DNA from: Eledone cirrhosa
Taxonomy: Eukaryota
Direction: 5' to 3'
DNA: 64,000 nt
Assembly (NCBI GenBank): GCA_964016885.1
Contig: OZ024744.1
Coordinates: 78,182,001-78,246,000 of the forward strand
How positions within the stretch are numbered: position 1 is the stretch's first letter; each line of letters starts with the position of its first letter. Below the pieces are notes generated by a model. That model made no database searches, had not been told where the DNA came from, and saw only the letters and a program-made list of their open reading frames with translations. Of the stretch, positions 1-12,473 are shown one piece after another. A program made the translations under genes and the position numbers.

Positions 1-55
1 TAGGATGGAAGAAGCTTGTTAACACAAAGGATTTCTCCTTAAGATTGAAATTTAA

Positions 56-255
56 CCCTTTAGCATTTAAACCGGTTGAGTCCATCCAGAATTCTCTCAC
101 CTCTTTCTGTGCAAACCGGCCATAACTGGCCACTCATACTGATGTTAAGGTATTGTTCTCAAAATAAATAATATCAACATCTCATAGATTCGATATTATG
201 TGAGATAATTCTGTGAAAATAGTATTTACCATGAACATACAATAGTAAACAATGG
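56..255 (+). mobile_element. piggyBac-type MITE (about 200 bp family), degenerate right end
   Basis: TTAA|CCCTTTAGCATTTAAACCGG start; internal sequence shared with about 10 copies in window. Confidence 0.7.
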
Positions 256-358
256 TTAAACAGATCAAGAAAAAAAAATAAATAAAAGGAATTAATTAAA
301 TTTTTTAAATTTCAGGTGGCATTTTAATTTATATATTCATTAATTTATTTTTATTTAG

Positions 359-497
359 CGCCAATGGCTTGACATTCTTGAAGATTCAAAAAAGAAGAAA
401 GCTGCTCGAGACAAACAGAAAAAGGAAGCAGCAATGCGTTTAGCAGAGCAGCAAGCTGCTGTTGCTCATACATCAGTCTCAAGTGAACCATCTAATC
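359..497 (+). CDS. EXOC8: Exocyst complex component 8 (Exo84), first coding exon in window (gene continues upstream)
   Basis: ttatttag|CG acceptor, C|gtaaat donor; reads RQWLDILEDSKKKKAARDKQKKEAAMRLAEQQAAVAHTSVSSEPSN(P), resembling vertebrate EXOC8 REWLEVLEDTKR...TNPF; phase joins next exon. Confidence 0.9.
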
Positions 498-894
498 GTA
501 AATATTTACACATTATTGATTATTTATTTCTTCCTTTCCCTTATGCTGGGACTTTCTCTAATCATCATCATCGTGATTGTTTAATGTCCATTTTTCCACA
601 CTAGCATGGGTTAGATTGTTGTGTGATAGCTTGATGACGGCTGAGGGGGTTCTCGCAACATGGCCGAACTAGCCACCCCACTACTGTGTGCAGCAATAAT
701 ATGGTTACTGTTATTACTGTTTATACAGTTGCCATTATAATATTTGTATTGTGTGCCCAAGATCAAACCTTCAGTTTTACAATCAAATCTTCACATAGTC
801 TGGATCAAACTTTTTCATAGGTGCAATGTTATTTAAACAGGTCTAAGATAATCACAACTAGTTGAATTGTTGTTATTATTATTTAGTTTCTGGA

Positions 895-1120
895 GGGCGG
901 TGGATTGGCAGTATTGGTAGAATGTTGGACAATATATTTTGCGGCATATAATTTTGGCCCTTTACTTTCTGAGTTCAAATGTCGCCAAGGTTAGCTTTGC
1001 CTTTCATCCTTACGGGATTGATAAAATAAAGTACCAGTAATGCACTAGGGTTTGATTTAATCGACTTTCCCCTATCCTTAAAAATAGTTGGTTTTGTGCC
1101 TAAATCAGAAACCATTATTA
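895..1120 (+). mobile_element. tRNA-derived SINE family A
   Basis: A-box TGGCAGTATTGG, B-box GAGTTCAAAT, conserved body GCCTTTCATCCTTACGGG..GATAAAATAAAGTACCAGT, (ATT)n tail. Confidence 0.75.
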
Positions 1121-2002
1121 TTTAGTTTCTGGTCAGCCTTTCCCCAGGAGACTCATGATCAAAAGTGTTCCAGCCATAATCACCTTGAACGTCATCTGGA
1201 TATAGTTTATTTAAGAGTACATTATGGCATACAGATTTCTTTTTGCAATTTGAAGGATAGTTGACTATTTGACTGCTATTTTGAATCAGAGGAGTGACCA
1301 TATAGAGGCTTTATAGTTTTCTTTATAAGATTATAAGAGGATAAAAAAAGAACCCATCCATCACCATCATTATTATTTTCATCCACAACTGGAACATGTT
1401 CGTGGTAGTATTGTTTAACCAAATGTATACCCCGATCAAAAAAGTTCAGGCTGCAACCAGCAAGACATTTTTCTCACACACTATATATGTAAAACTAAAT
1501 TATTCAGTGTGTCTTTGCTACTTTAACATTGTGGAATATGATTTGAATGAGATTTGACTGCTATTTTTAGCAGGCAAAGCAATCAATCACATAGAGGCTT
1601 ATGCAGAGATTCATACTATTGTTTGGATAAGCTAGCAAATTTCAGAGACATGCCACAGTTTCTCTCTTGTCTCCAGTACTGTGTTGAGTTTGAGATAAAA
1701 GATACTTAACTGTAAATGGCTTAGTTCAGCAAGCTATAGAATGGTACAATGGTGAAGAACAGTTAATTTCTGTACACAGTCCATATCTAGCTGTAAATGG
1801 ATTCATTGATAGATGTTGTCCACAACTAACTCTAGTAGTTCTACTTACAATAAAGAGATACCATGGGAAAGTACAAATACACTAGTACATTATACTAGTG
1901 TACCGAATACAGTTCACTACTGTACAAGCTACATCTGCCTAGAAATATGTACCATGTTGAGGTATGGTTTATGGATGTATACAGTCCACCTAACTGTAAA
2001 TA

Positions 2003-3345
2003 GACATATTTCACTACTGTACCCTGTCTACCTAGCTGTAAATAGACCATCAGTGGGGTGGGACATATTTCACTACTGTACCCTGTCTACCTAGCTGTAA
2101 ATAGACCATCAGTGGGGTGGGACATATTTCACTACTGTACCCTGTCTATCTAGCTGTAGATAGACCATCAGTGGGGTGGGACATATTTCACTACTGTACC
2201 ATGTCTACCTAGCTGTAAATAGACCATCAGTGGGGTGGGACATATTTCACTACTGTACCCTGTCTACCTAGCTGTAAATAGACCATCAGTGGGGTGGGAC
2301 ATATTTCACTACTGTACCCTGTCTACCTAGCTGTAGATAGACCATCAGTGGGGTGGGACATATTTCACTACTGTACCCTGTCTATCTAGCTGTAGATAGA
2401 CCATCAGTGGGGTGGGACATATTTCACTACTGTACCATGTCTACCTAGCTGTAAATAGACCATCAGTGGGGTGGGACATATTTCACTACTGTACCCTGTC
2501 TACCTAGCTGTAGATAGACCATCAGTGGGGTGGGACATATTTCACTACTGTACCCTGTCTATCTAGCTGTAGATAGACCATCAGTAGGGTGGGACATATT
2601 TCACTACTGTACCCTGTCTACCTAGCTGTAGATAGACCATCAGTGGGGTGGGACATATTTCACTACTGTACCCTGTCTATCTAGCTGTAGATAGACCATC
2701 AGTAGGGTGGGACATATTTCACTACTGTACCCTGTCTACCTAGCTGTAGATAGACCATCAGTGGGGTGGGACATATTTCACTACTGTACCCTGTCTACCT
2801 AGCTGTAAATAGACCATCAGTGGGGTGGGACATATTTCACTACTGTACCCTGTCTACCTAGCTGTAAATAGACCATCAGTGGGGTGGGACATATTTCACT
2901 ACTGTACCCTGTCTACCTAGCTGTAGATAGACCATCAGTAGGGTGGGACATATTTCACTACTGTACCCTGTCTATCTAGCTGTAGATAGACCATCAGTGG
3001 GGTGGGACATATTTCACTACTGTACCCTGTCTACCTAGCTGTAGATAGACCATCAGTGGGGTGGGACATATTTCACTACTGTACCCTGTCTACCTAGCTG
3101 TAGATAGACCATCAGTGGGGTGGGACATATTTCACTACTGTACCCTGTCTACCTAGCTGTAAATAGACCATCAGTGGGGTGGGACATATTTCACTACTGT
3201 ACCCTGTCTACCTAGCTGTAGATAGACCATCAGTGGGGTGGGACATATTTCACTACTGTACCCTGTCTACCTAGCTGTAGATAGACCATCAGTGGGGTGG
3301 GACATATTTCACTACTGTACCCTGTCTACCTAGCTGTAGATAGAT
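2003..3345. repeat. 59-bp minisatellite, about 23 copies, with degenerate flanking units
   Basis: unit GACATATTTCACTACTGTACCCTGTCTACCTAGCTGTARATAGACCATCAGTGGGGTGG recurring every 59 nt from 2003 to 3301. Confidence 0.97.
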
Positions 3346-3949
3346 ATCAGAGGGGTGAGGTGGGCAGGGCATAATTCATTACAGTACCCAGTCTACCTAG
3401 CTGCAAATTGGCATGAATGGGGTGGGATATAATTCTCTACTGCTGTACCCAATCTACAACTACATTACTGCAGCAGCAGTCTAGAATTGATGGCTGTTTG
3501 GGCAGATTGTAGGTAGAGGTCAAGCTACCACCGCCACCACACACACACACACATGCACCACCACCCGTATATATAATCAACCAGATTCATATTCTCTAGA
3601 TATACCAGCAGCACAGACGACCACCCTCCACCTCATCCCCTGCTCCCACCCAATCTCTAACCAAGTTATGGGTTTCTCCAGTCATAATAATGTGTTTGTT
3701 GTCATAATTTCGCTGTCAACAGAATGTCATATTGTTCAAATGATACATTCAGTTGTTGTGAACAGATTGTTAACCAATCCTGTTGTCATTGACGTTGACA
3801 TATTGGGTTTTGATTGTGAAATTATCATCATCATCACCACCATCATCATTGACATCATTACTATTATCATCGTTAACCCATCATCATCATTAACCATTCA
3901 TCATCATCATTAGCCATTCAACATTAACATTACTCAATACATACTATGG

Positions 3950-4230
3950 AAGGAAGCGTGTGGCCCAGTGGTAAGGGTGTAGGACTTACAACCATAATGT
4001 TGTAGGTTCAATTCCTAGACTGGGTTGTATGTTGTGTTCTTGAGCAAAACACTTCATTTCACGTTGCTCTAGTATACTCAGCTGAAAATGAGTACCAGCA
4101 ATGGCTGGGGGTTTAACCCTGTGGTGGACGTCTTGTCCAGGGGGAAGTATTGTACCTTCAGTCGCTTAACGCCATGGAAACTGGGATAAGCACCGGCCTG
4201 ATGAGCTTCCAGGCTTGAGACAGACTTTAG
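3950..4230 (+). mobile_element. tRNA-derived SINE family B
   Basis: TGGCCCAGTGGTAAG A-box, GGTTCAATTCC B-box, TTGAGCAAAACACT...CTCAGCTG central domain. Confidence 0.7.
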
Positions 4231-4651
4231 ATATATACTTTTATATTTTCATGGTAAAGGCTTTTCCTCATATAATTATCTCACATAATATCAAATCTAT
4301 GAGATTTTGATATTATTTATTTTGAGAGCAATACCTTAACATCAGTATGAGTGGCCAGTTACAGCCGGTTTGAACAGAAAGAGGTGGGAGAATTCTGGCC
4401 GGATGCGGCCGGTTTAAATGGCCAGGCTAAAGTGAACTGACAGAGTTGGTAGAGTGTCAGTTAAAATTCCATTGCAGTATTTATTCTGGCTCTTTACATT
4501 CTGGAGTTCAAATCCTATCATGGTCAACTTTGACCTGCATCTTTCTGGTGTCAATAAAATAAAGTACCAGTAAAATACTAGGGTCGGTTTTGTCAACTAA
4601 CCACTTCTCCCCAAACATTGCTGGCCTTGTGCCTAAAATTAGAAACCATTA

Positions 4652-4945
4652 TCTATACATATATATAAAACTGAAATTGTCTGTGTGTGTGTCCTCATTT
4701 TTGCAAAGTCTATACAAATCCACATTTTTACTCCAATTTACTTCAAACTTGCATTTATATATTCCTTGCGGTCTAAAGATATTAACTGCAGCTTTTATTT
4801 TTCAATTTTCTGTTGTTAAAGGGGTGTTAGGCACCGGTTATCGATCTCTCTCTCTTTCTTAGTCTGTCTTTTTAGATAGATACATAACTATAACGTCGCA
4901 CCCTTATAATATCTGTCTGTATGTCTGGCTGTCTGCATTACGACA
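4652..4945 (+). mobile_element. Non-autonomous Helitron, 5' part, interrupted by a SINE
   Basis: A|TCTATACATATATATAAAACTGAAATTGTCTGTGTG start; internal part is similar to the reverse complement of 18870-19000. Confidence 0.6.
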
Positions 4946-4948
4946 TTA

Positions 4949-5148
4949 TGGGTGGTGAATTGGCAGTATTGGTAGAGGGTCAGACATGCTTTCCAGCGTA
5001 GTTACGTCCCTTTACGATCTGAGTTCAAATCCCGCCGAGGTTAACTTTACCTTTCATCCTTACGGGGTCGATAAAATAAAGTACCAGTAATGTACTGGGT
5101 AATTGCTGGCCTTGTGCCAAAAGTAGAAACAATTATTATTATTATTAT
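4949..5148 (+). mobile_element. tRNA-derived SINE family A
   Basis: A/B boxes; near-identical to copies at 7665, 31841 and 58735; (ATT)n tail. Confidence 0.8.
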
Positions 5149-5542
5149 GAGAAAATTATTTACAGCGTTAGACAAAATATTTTGTGGCATCTAGATACAG
5201 TCAGATATGTTCTCAGCACAAACACTGCCGAGGTCAACTTTACCATTTATTGTTCCGGGGCCTGTTAAAATAGCCTATGAGTCCAGTACAGGGGTCAATT
5301 TAATCAATTTTCCATTCTCTGCAAAAATTGACACACTCACACACAAGCTGCCACTAATACACACACATACACACTGCCATACACAAGATGCTATACACAC
5401 ACTGTCACGCATAAGCACACATACACACACACACACACTGTCACACACAAGCTGCCACCAATACACACATACACACGCGCATACACTCACACACTGTCAT
5501 GCATAAGCATATCTACACACACACACACTGTCACATATATGT

Positions 5543-6990
5543 TCACATATTCAGCACAGCATCTCTCCACTCGTCACGGTCCTTCGTCATCTCCACTGTG
5601 AGCTTCAATGATCTGAGGTCTGTTCTTACCACCTCCGCCCATGTTTTTCGTGGTCTACCTCTACCACGTCTTCCTTCAACTGGCATTTCCTGGCACTTCT
5701 TCACCCATCGGTCATCCTCCATGCGCATCACATGTCCATACCACCTCAGTCTCCTCTCCCGTACACTACATTCTATCCCTCTCAGACACAGTTTCTCTCT
5801 CAACACATTTATGCTGGGTCGTTCACGCACATTTACACTGCACATCCAACGGAGCATGCTTGCCTCATTTCTCTCCAGCCGTCGCATATCCTCTGCAGTT
5901 GCTGCCCATGTCTCACTACCATGCAGTATCACGCTCTTCACACAGGCATCATACAACCAGCCTTTCATATGCAGGGAGAAACCCTTCTTCGTCAGCAGAG
6001 GAAGCAGCTCCCTAAACTTCTTCCAACCGGTCCTTATTCTAGATATATGGCCTTAGAACACACTCCGCCCATGCTAATCTGATCTCCTAGGTACCGGAAG
6101 CTATCCACCACTTCTATAGCGCCCTCCTGCATTTGAAAAATGTGTCTATCAATGCGACTTCTACTGTCTAATTTCCCTGTACATCTACTGCATACATATT
6201 TCTCCCTACCTGTTAATTTGCCTGCTATCCCGCTACATCTCTTGTGTACCCAGGATCTGCATTGTGTGCATTTTATAGAATTTATGCCAGTTCCTTTTCT
6301 GCATATCGAACATGGCCATTTCCCTGACGGAATCAGAGTTTTGTCCTCTTTTCTACTCATCAACACTTTTTTCTTAGCTAGGTTCACTCACAGTCCTCTT
6401 GCTTCCAACTGCTGTTTCCATAGCCAGAATTTATTCTCTAGCTCCTCTACTGATTCTGCTATAAGAACCAGATCGTCAGCATAGAGAAGTTCCCATGGAC
6501 AGCAAGTCTTAAACTCCTCTGTTATGGCTTGGAGGGCTATAATGAACAAGAGCGGGCTGAGGACCAAACCTAGATGTACTCCTACTTGTATCTGGAATTC
6601 CTCACTAAACTCCATTCCTACCCTGACTTTACTGACAGTACCTCTGTACAAAGTTTGCACTGTCCTCACAAGCCATTCCTCAACACCTAGCTTCCTTAGG
6701 GACCACCAGATGACAGATCGGGGTACCCTATCAAAGGCCTTCTCTAGGTCAACAAAGGCTAAGTATAGTGGCTTATTTTTCTCTAAGAACATCTCTTGTA
6801 ATTGTCTCACCAAGAAGAGGGCATCTGTTGTACTCTTCCCAGGCACAAAACCAAACTGCATCTCATCTAGTTTGACCCTTTCTCTAATTAGTTGTGCTAA
6901 TATCATTTCTGCCACTTTCATAACCTGATCCATCAGTTTTATACCCCTATAATTGGTCCTCTCCAGAGCATCCCCTTTACCTTTACCTAT
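5543..6990 (-). mobile_element. RTE-clade LINE, 5'-truncated RT pseudogene with PHD-type insert
   Basis: NYRGIKL, QFGFVPGKSTTDA, AFVDLEKAFDRVP, LLYADDL, FRYLG, RRLRWYGHVMRM, GRGRPRKTW; in-frame stop near 6388 and a frameshift. Confidence 0.93.
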
Positions 6991-7225
6991 ATATATCATC
7001 ATCATCATCATTTTACGTCCGCTTTCCCTGCTTGCAAGAGTGGGACTTACATACATACATATATATACGTGTGTGTATATATATATATATATATTGTTAT
7101 ATTTTGGGAGGGGTTTGGTTTGGTTTGGTTAGGATTGATTTTCGCTTCTGTATCTTTTATATCTCCATAAGTTAATTTATCTGGCAATCGATATTTATCA
7201 TTGATTGACCAGCGGTTAAAAATAC

Positions 7226-7270
<45 letters not shown>

Positions 7271-7664
7271 ATGAAAGTTTATTTTTTTTATAGCTGGATT
7301 CCTTTCCTCACATCAAACACTTTACAGAATGTACTGGGTATATTTTATCTTGGCCTGCAGCACAGAATGTACTGAGTACATTTCATCATGACACCAGCAC
7401 TAGTACTTACAAAATGGACTGGGTGAATTTTAACATGAACCTAGCACTGCCACATTACATAATGGACTGGGTGCAATTTATTGTGGCCCCAGCGCAACCA
7501 CTTTACGAAGTGAACTGTGTACATTTTATTGTGGCAACAACTCTACTACATACAGTGTGTACTGGGTGCATTTCATTATGTTATCATCACCACCACCTTA
7601 CAGAGTGGACTGGGTGCATTTTATCATTGCACCGGCATTGCCAGTGTCACTATTATTATTATTA

Positions 7665-7855
7665 TTGGCAGTATCGGTAGAGGGTAGGACGCCATGCTTT
7701 CCAGCATAGTTACGTCCCTTTACGATCTGAGTTCAAATCCCGCCGAGGTTGACTTTGCCTTTCATCCTTACGGGGTCGATAAAATAAAAAGTACCAGTAA
7801 TGCACTGGGTAATTGCTGGCCTTGTGCCTAAAGTAGAAACTATTATTATTATTAT
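7665..7855 (+). mobile_element. tRNA-derived SINE family A
   Basis: TGGCAGTATCGG...GAGTTCAAATCCCGCCGAGG...AAAGTAGAAAC(TAT)n. Confidence 0.8.
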
Positions 7856-7856
7856 G

Positions 7857-8316
7857 GTTGTTATTGTTCTTTGAATCTCAGTCATTGATGTTAGTTAACT
7901 GGAAAGTTTGTTGAAATGAATAACAAGCCACTACCTACAGCCTCAGATATTCAGGATGTATCGGAGGGTTCTTGCTGTTCCCAGCATGCATGCCTTTTGA
8001 AGTGTTCCAAAAAGCGTGGCGGGGTCAATTTTCTTTAACCATCCCTGGAAACTTTTTGAGATAGTACCTAGTGCGCCTATGACAATCGGGACCACTTTGA
8101 CTTCATGGCAGTTCCAAATCCTTTTTACCACCCACTTTAAGTCCTGGTATCGGTTAATTTTCTCCCTCTCCTTTTCTTGCACTCTCGTGTCGAATGGGCA
8201 GGCCACATCCACAATCACGCACGATCTTTTTTCCTTGTCCAAAACCACCAGGTCAGGTCTATTGTGTTCCAGTTTCTTGTCCGTCTGTATCCTAAAATCC
8301 CACAGCACCTTCACCT

Positions 8317-8317
<1 letters not shown>
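7857..8317 (-). mobile_element. R4/Dong-like non-LTR element, 3' end with restriction-like endonuclease
   Basis: VLWDFRIQTDKKLEHNRPDLVV...IVDVACP...KINRYQDL...VPIVIGALG; (TAT)n on both sides. Confidence 0.88.
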
Positions 8318-8351
<34 letters not shown>

Positions 8352-8353
<2 letters not shown>

Positions 8354-8733
8354 GGAAGGTGAGGGTGGAGAGGGTGGAGTGCTGCACCCCAGTACATTTG
8401 CTAAAAGGTGGATGAATGTGGTGAGAATGGCCCGTGTGAATGGGCCTACTCTGACCATGCGCCTATAAGCTAGCTAACTTGAGGAGAGGGGTGCTCTCCC
8501 TGGGTGCCCTAGAAGCGCAGGGTGGTTCAGGATTGGTGGGGTACCTGAGTCACCCCTGAGTCGTCCACCACCTATAGGGGAATTTATTTTGTTATATTTA
8601 TGCATAGTTTATTTTATATTTGTATATCTTCATTGTTAAATTAGTCTTGGCATTGTGTACTTTTACTCCACCTTATTGTCCCTGTCTTTGTATTGACCCC
8701 TATATGTCGGCCCTTGTGGCCAATAAATGAAAT
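8352..8733 (+). mobile_element. L1/Tx1-like LINE 3' end
   Basis: KVRVER..LHPSTFAKRW..VNGP resembles the 29027-29537 copy; ends GCCCTTGTGGCCAATAAATGAAAT. Confidence 0.6.
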
Positions 8734-8818
8734 CATTATTATTGGCAATTCATGGTAGTATTCCAAAATTATAGGCAAAAGGAGTATAACATATATGAGA
8801 AAGGTTTTCTTGCTTTAA

Positions 8819-9031
8819 TCCTTTAAGCATTTAAACCGACTGTATCTGGCCAGAATTCTCTCACCTCTTTCTGTTTAAACCAGCCATAACTAGCCACTCA
8901 TACTGATGTTGAGGTATTGTTCTCAAAATAAATAATATCAAAATTTCATAGATTCAATATTATATGTGAAGTAAAGCCTTTACCGTGAAAATATAATAGT
9001 ATTTATATAGAGTAATGTAAATGCTAAAGGG
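8819..9031 (+). mobile_element. piggyBac-type MITE
   Basis: TTAA at both ends; right TIR TAAATGCTAAAGGG|TTAA. Confidence 0.8.
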
Positions 9032-9110
9032 TTAACTAAAAAAAATAATCCAGTATTGTAATGATTTTATGTTCCACATTTTAACATGAATATTTTTCTT
9101 TATTTGTCAG

Positions 9111-9260
9111 CTTTTGAAGAAAATTGCAGTGTTCTTCAACAACAAAGTGCTATTGAAAACAGTGTTTTCAATACTGATTGGCTCCAAGAACTTCCTGAAG
9201 ATTCAGATATGTGTATTGCTCAAAGAGATTTTGAAGGAGCTGTAGATTTGGTTGAAAGAG
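9111..9260 (+). CDS. EXOC8: EXOC8 coding exon 2 in window
   Basis: tgtcag| ... G|gtaaat; PFEENC...DWLQELPEDSDMCIAQRDFEGAVDLVER, near-identical to the EXOC8 motif WIQELPEDLDVCIAQRDFEGAVDL. Confidence 0.97.
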
Positions 9261-9311
9261 GTAAATACTATAATTGCTTATTTTATCATCATCAACATCA
9301 ACATCATCATA

Positions 9312-9797
9312 CTAGAATTTTTTTCAACACGCTGGCACGTATGTGTATATGTGTGTGCGTGTGTTAATGTGCATATGCATACATTTATATGTATGAGTGT
9401 ATAAATATAAACACGCACACGCTGTAAGGTAACATGGTAAAAACCTCCCAGTCCACACTGTAAATGTGGTTGGTGTTAGGAAGGGCATCTAGCCGTAGAA
9501 AACCCGCCAGACAGTCCTATACGAGCAAGACAACCAATCTTGCCTCATGTGGGACAATTCCTGTCTAAACCCATGCTAGCGTGGAAGATAGACGATGATG
9601 ATGATGATGACACAGACACACAAATACACACTCACAGACATACACATACATATTCACACACATACACACACACACACATACACATACACTATAGCAAATG
9701 GAACACTAGCCGCTGTTTTGCTATAGTTTTTTTCACCATCCCTTTCTTTCCACATTGTGTGATGGATGGATGGAAGTTGCTCAAATTTATATAGAGA
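9312..9797 (-). mobile_element. Non-autonomous Helitron-like element containing an RTE 3'-tail insertion (about 9421-9610)
   Basis: A|CTAG left end, TATAGAGA|T right end; left part matches 30038-30130. Confidence 0.5.
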
Positions 9798-10282
9798 TTT
9801 TCTAATGAGGTGTTACAGACCGAGTCAGTACTCAAGCAAAGCTCCAAACCTCACAGATGGGCCAGGCATCTCCATCTCAAGTGCTCAACTCAGACAAACC
9901 AGGAGTTCATGTCTCATTTACACACATTCCCAAGGGTATTTTATCATGGCACCATCATTGTAGAGGTCGTCATGTCTTTTACACAAATGAAGTATCCTCC
10001 CAACCCTTTCTTTGTCAGGTTTTCTATGGATGAATGCCCTTCCTATCACCAACCAATTGACAGTGTGTGTGTGTATTATGCTATATTTATATATATATGT
10101 GTGCATATATATATATGAGGTTGGTGTTAGGAAGGGCATCTAGCTGTTGAAATCAAGCCAAAATCAGTTCCGTATGAGCAAGATATGGTCACCTGACCTG
10201 GCATTGCCCATAACAGGACAACCTGTCTAACCCATGATAGCATAGAAGAATGGATGTAAAACAGCGATGATGATGATATATT

Positions 10283-10313
<31 letters not shown>

Positions 10314-10500
10314 CATCATTATTTAACGTCAACTTCTCTGCTAGCAAGGATTGAACAGGTCTACATAGACGAAGTCACTACTGAAACAGGGGCTACTGAT
10401 CTTCCAAACAGGCTGAAGTGTCTGTATCCTGCTTACGAACACTTATATCAAGTGCAGAGAAGTTGTGGAAATGAAGTATCGGTTTAGCAGCTTGTATACA

Positions 10501-10669
10501 CCGTATTTCCTGGTGTCGAAGACGCTACTTTTTTCCTAAAATAAATCTCGAAAATCTACCGTGTGTCCTGGAGGCTGAAGGTTGTTTATTATTGTTTTTC
10601 AAATTTTTGGCTGTTAAAATTAGGATGCGTCCTTGAGGATGAGCGCGTATTTGGTGCCAGGAAATACGG
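10501..10669. mobile_element. Tc1/mariner (pogo/Tigger-like) MITE
   Basis: TIR CCGTATTTCCTGG...CCAGGAAATACGG followed by TA; inverted copy at 59475-59641. Confidence 0.8.
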
Positions 10670-11396
10670 TATTTTATTCACCTGTGATGTGTGTTTTGCT
10701 ATTGATCAGCTCAAGCTCCAGTTGCACCTGACTCTGGAATTGATAGTTCATCAAACCTGTGAACAATCAACAGTCTCTGAAACTCAATGCTCTAAGTTAA
10801 TTACTTAACTCACAATGTCCTGTACCACATTAGCAAGACATTCTTGAGAGCTACAGAAAAAAAGAAAAAAAACTATGTTAGCATCACATTAAAATTTGAA
10901 GTTTTGACTCTAATAATATAAATGTTAACTATATGCCCACTAGTAAAGCTACTATAAACACTTTAACTAACAAACCACATGAAACTACATTCGCAAGACA
11001 TTCTTACTTCCCATTAAATGTTGAAGTTTTAATTCTAATACTGCAAATTTTCACAACGATCTATCCTTTAATAAAGATACTATAAACATTTAAATTAACA
11101 TATTTTTAGATATTTTCTGCAAAATCATTACAGGATGTTAAAAGATAATACTACAAATTCTCAAAACAATCTGTCCAGCAGTAAAGATACTATAAACATT
11201 TGAATTAACAAACCTGTTTCTAGATAATTCCTACAAAATCCTTACAGGATATTAAGAGTCAAATAAAATGTGTGAAAGAATTACTAGCTTTTTTTTTTCT
11301 TTTTTTTTTTGATTTTGGTAAATGTTAATTTTTAGTTCTAGATTTTATTTAAAAATTATCACAAATTAAATGATTTAAAAAATTTTTTTTTTTCAG

Positions 11397-11448
11397 TGAA
11401 TGAATTCTTGAAAGATTGTCCAAGAACACCTGAAGTAAAAGAATTCAA
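11397..11448 (+). CDS. EXOC8: EXOC8 coding exon 3 in window (52 nt)
   Basis: poly-T tttcag| ... AA|gtaatt; VNEFLKDCPRTPEVKEF(K); needed to keep frame between exons 2 and 4; not in ORF track. Confidence 0.9.
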
Positions 11449-12422
11449 GTAATTAGGATTGAGTATTGTTTCTTAACTTTTTTTTAAAAACCTTCTAGTG
11501 CAATTTTATGCAAGAACCTTTAAGTTATGTTCCAAACACTTGCTTGATAATGAGAAAGTCACTTATATTATTAAATATTTCTGACATCTTAATTATTTTC
11601 AAAATTATTTGAATACTATGGGCAGTATCTTTCATTAGAAATATTGTAATAAAATGGTTAAAAGAAGGATTACATTTTCTTAGAGCTGATTGCATATATC
11701 CACCATCTTCATTATTATTTTCATCATCAGCATCATCACCACCACCCCCATCATCATTATCATTATCACCATCATCACCACCATTGCCCTTGTCACTGCA
11801 ACTACCATCATTAGACACATTAGATGATATTGTCCTAGTTATGCCTTATCTAAATATAAGATGGGCTAGTCATGGTTGGAAAGTCTAAATAAATAACAAC
11901 AACCAACCAAGAGAGCAACAAATCATTGCGTCACCAACACAATATTTCATCAGTGGCAAAGATTAGTTTAACTGTAAAATGACACAGTCCACTTAGCTGT
12001 AAATAGGTACCACCTATCACTATAATCAGTGACAGCACTTTAAAAATTGATGATTATTTGGGTAGCTTATTGTATTGAGCTCACTTCTTTTTATGCCTTA
12101 AACTGTATATATATATGAATAGATACACTATAGCTTAAACTGTACTATATATAAATAGATTACTATGGTTTAAACTATGTGTGTATATATAAATGTATAC
12201 ACACATACTAGATGTATGTTCCAGCTCTTGCATATGGGAGGGCAGGTCTTCTGTATTACTGCATAGCACCAAAGATCACAATCCTGTATACTAATATATG
12301 TAAAAAATATATATATATATATAAATATTGCTGTTCCGTATAACCATGACCAGTCCGAGCTGAATATCCGCTAAGGTGAAACAATTGTTCTCAGTATGCT
12401 GAACTAACTGTTGTGTTACTAC

Positions 12423-12470
<48 letters not shown>

Positions 12471-12473
<3 letters not shown>

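Noticed and set aside
2003-3345. CRISPR-like array
   Set aside because: Units are contiguous near-identical 59-mers with no unique spacers, there are no cas genes, and the context is a eukaryotic intron
4195-4230. CTGATGA as a hammerhead core
   Set aside because: No downstream GAAA or closing stems; part of a SINE tail
5499-6928. Plus-strand ORFs of 114-185 aa
   Set aside because: Antisense shadows of the minus-strand RTE reverse transcriptase
7943-8458. 171-aa ORF as a single gene with a poly-Ile segment
   Set aside because: Chimera of an antisense Tx1 fragment, an (ATA)n microsatellite and a Dong RLE fragment
11525-11818. Asp/Gly-rich 97-aa ORF
   Set aside because: Arises from (CAT/CAC)n repeats antisense within an EXOC8 intron
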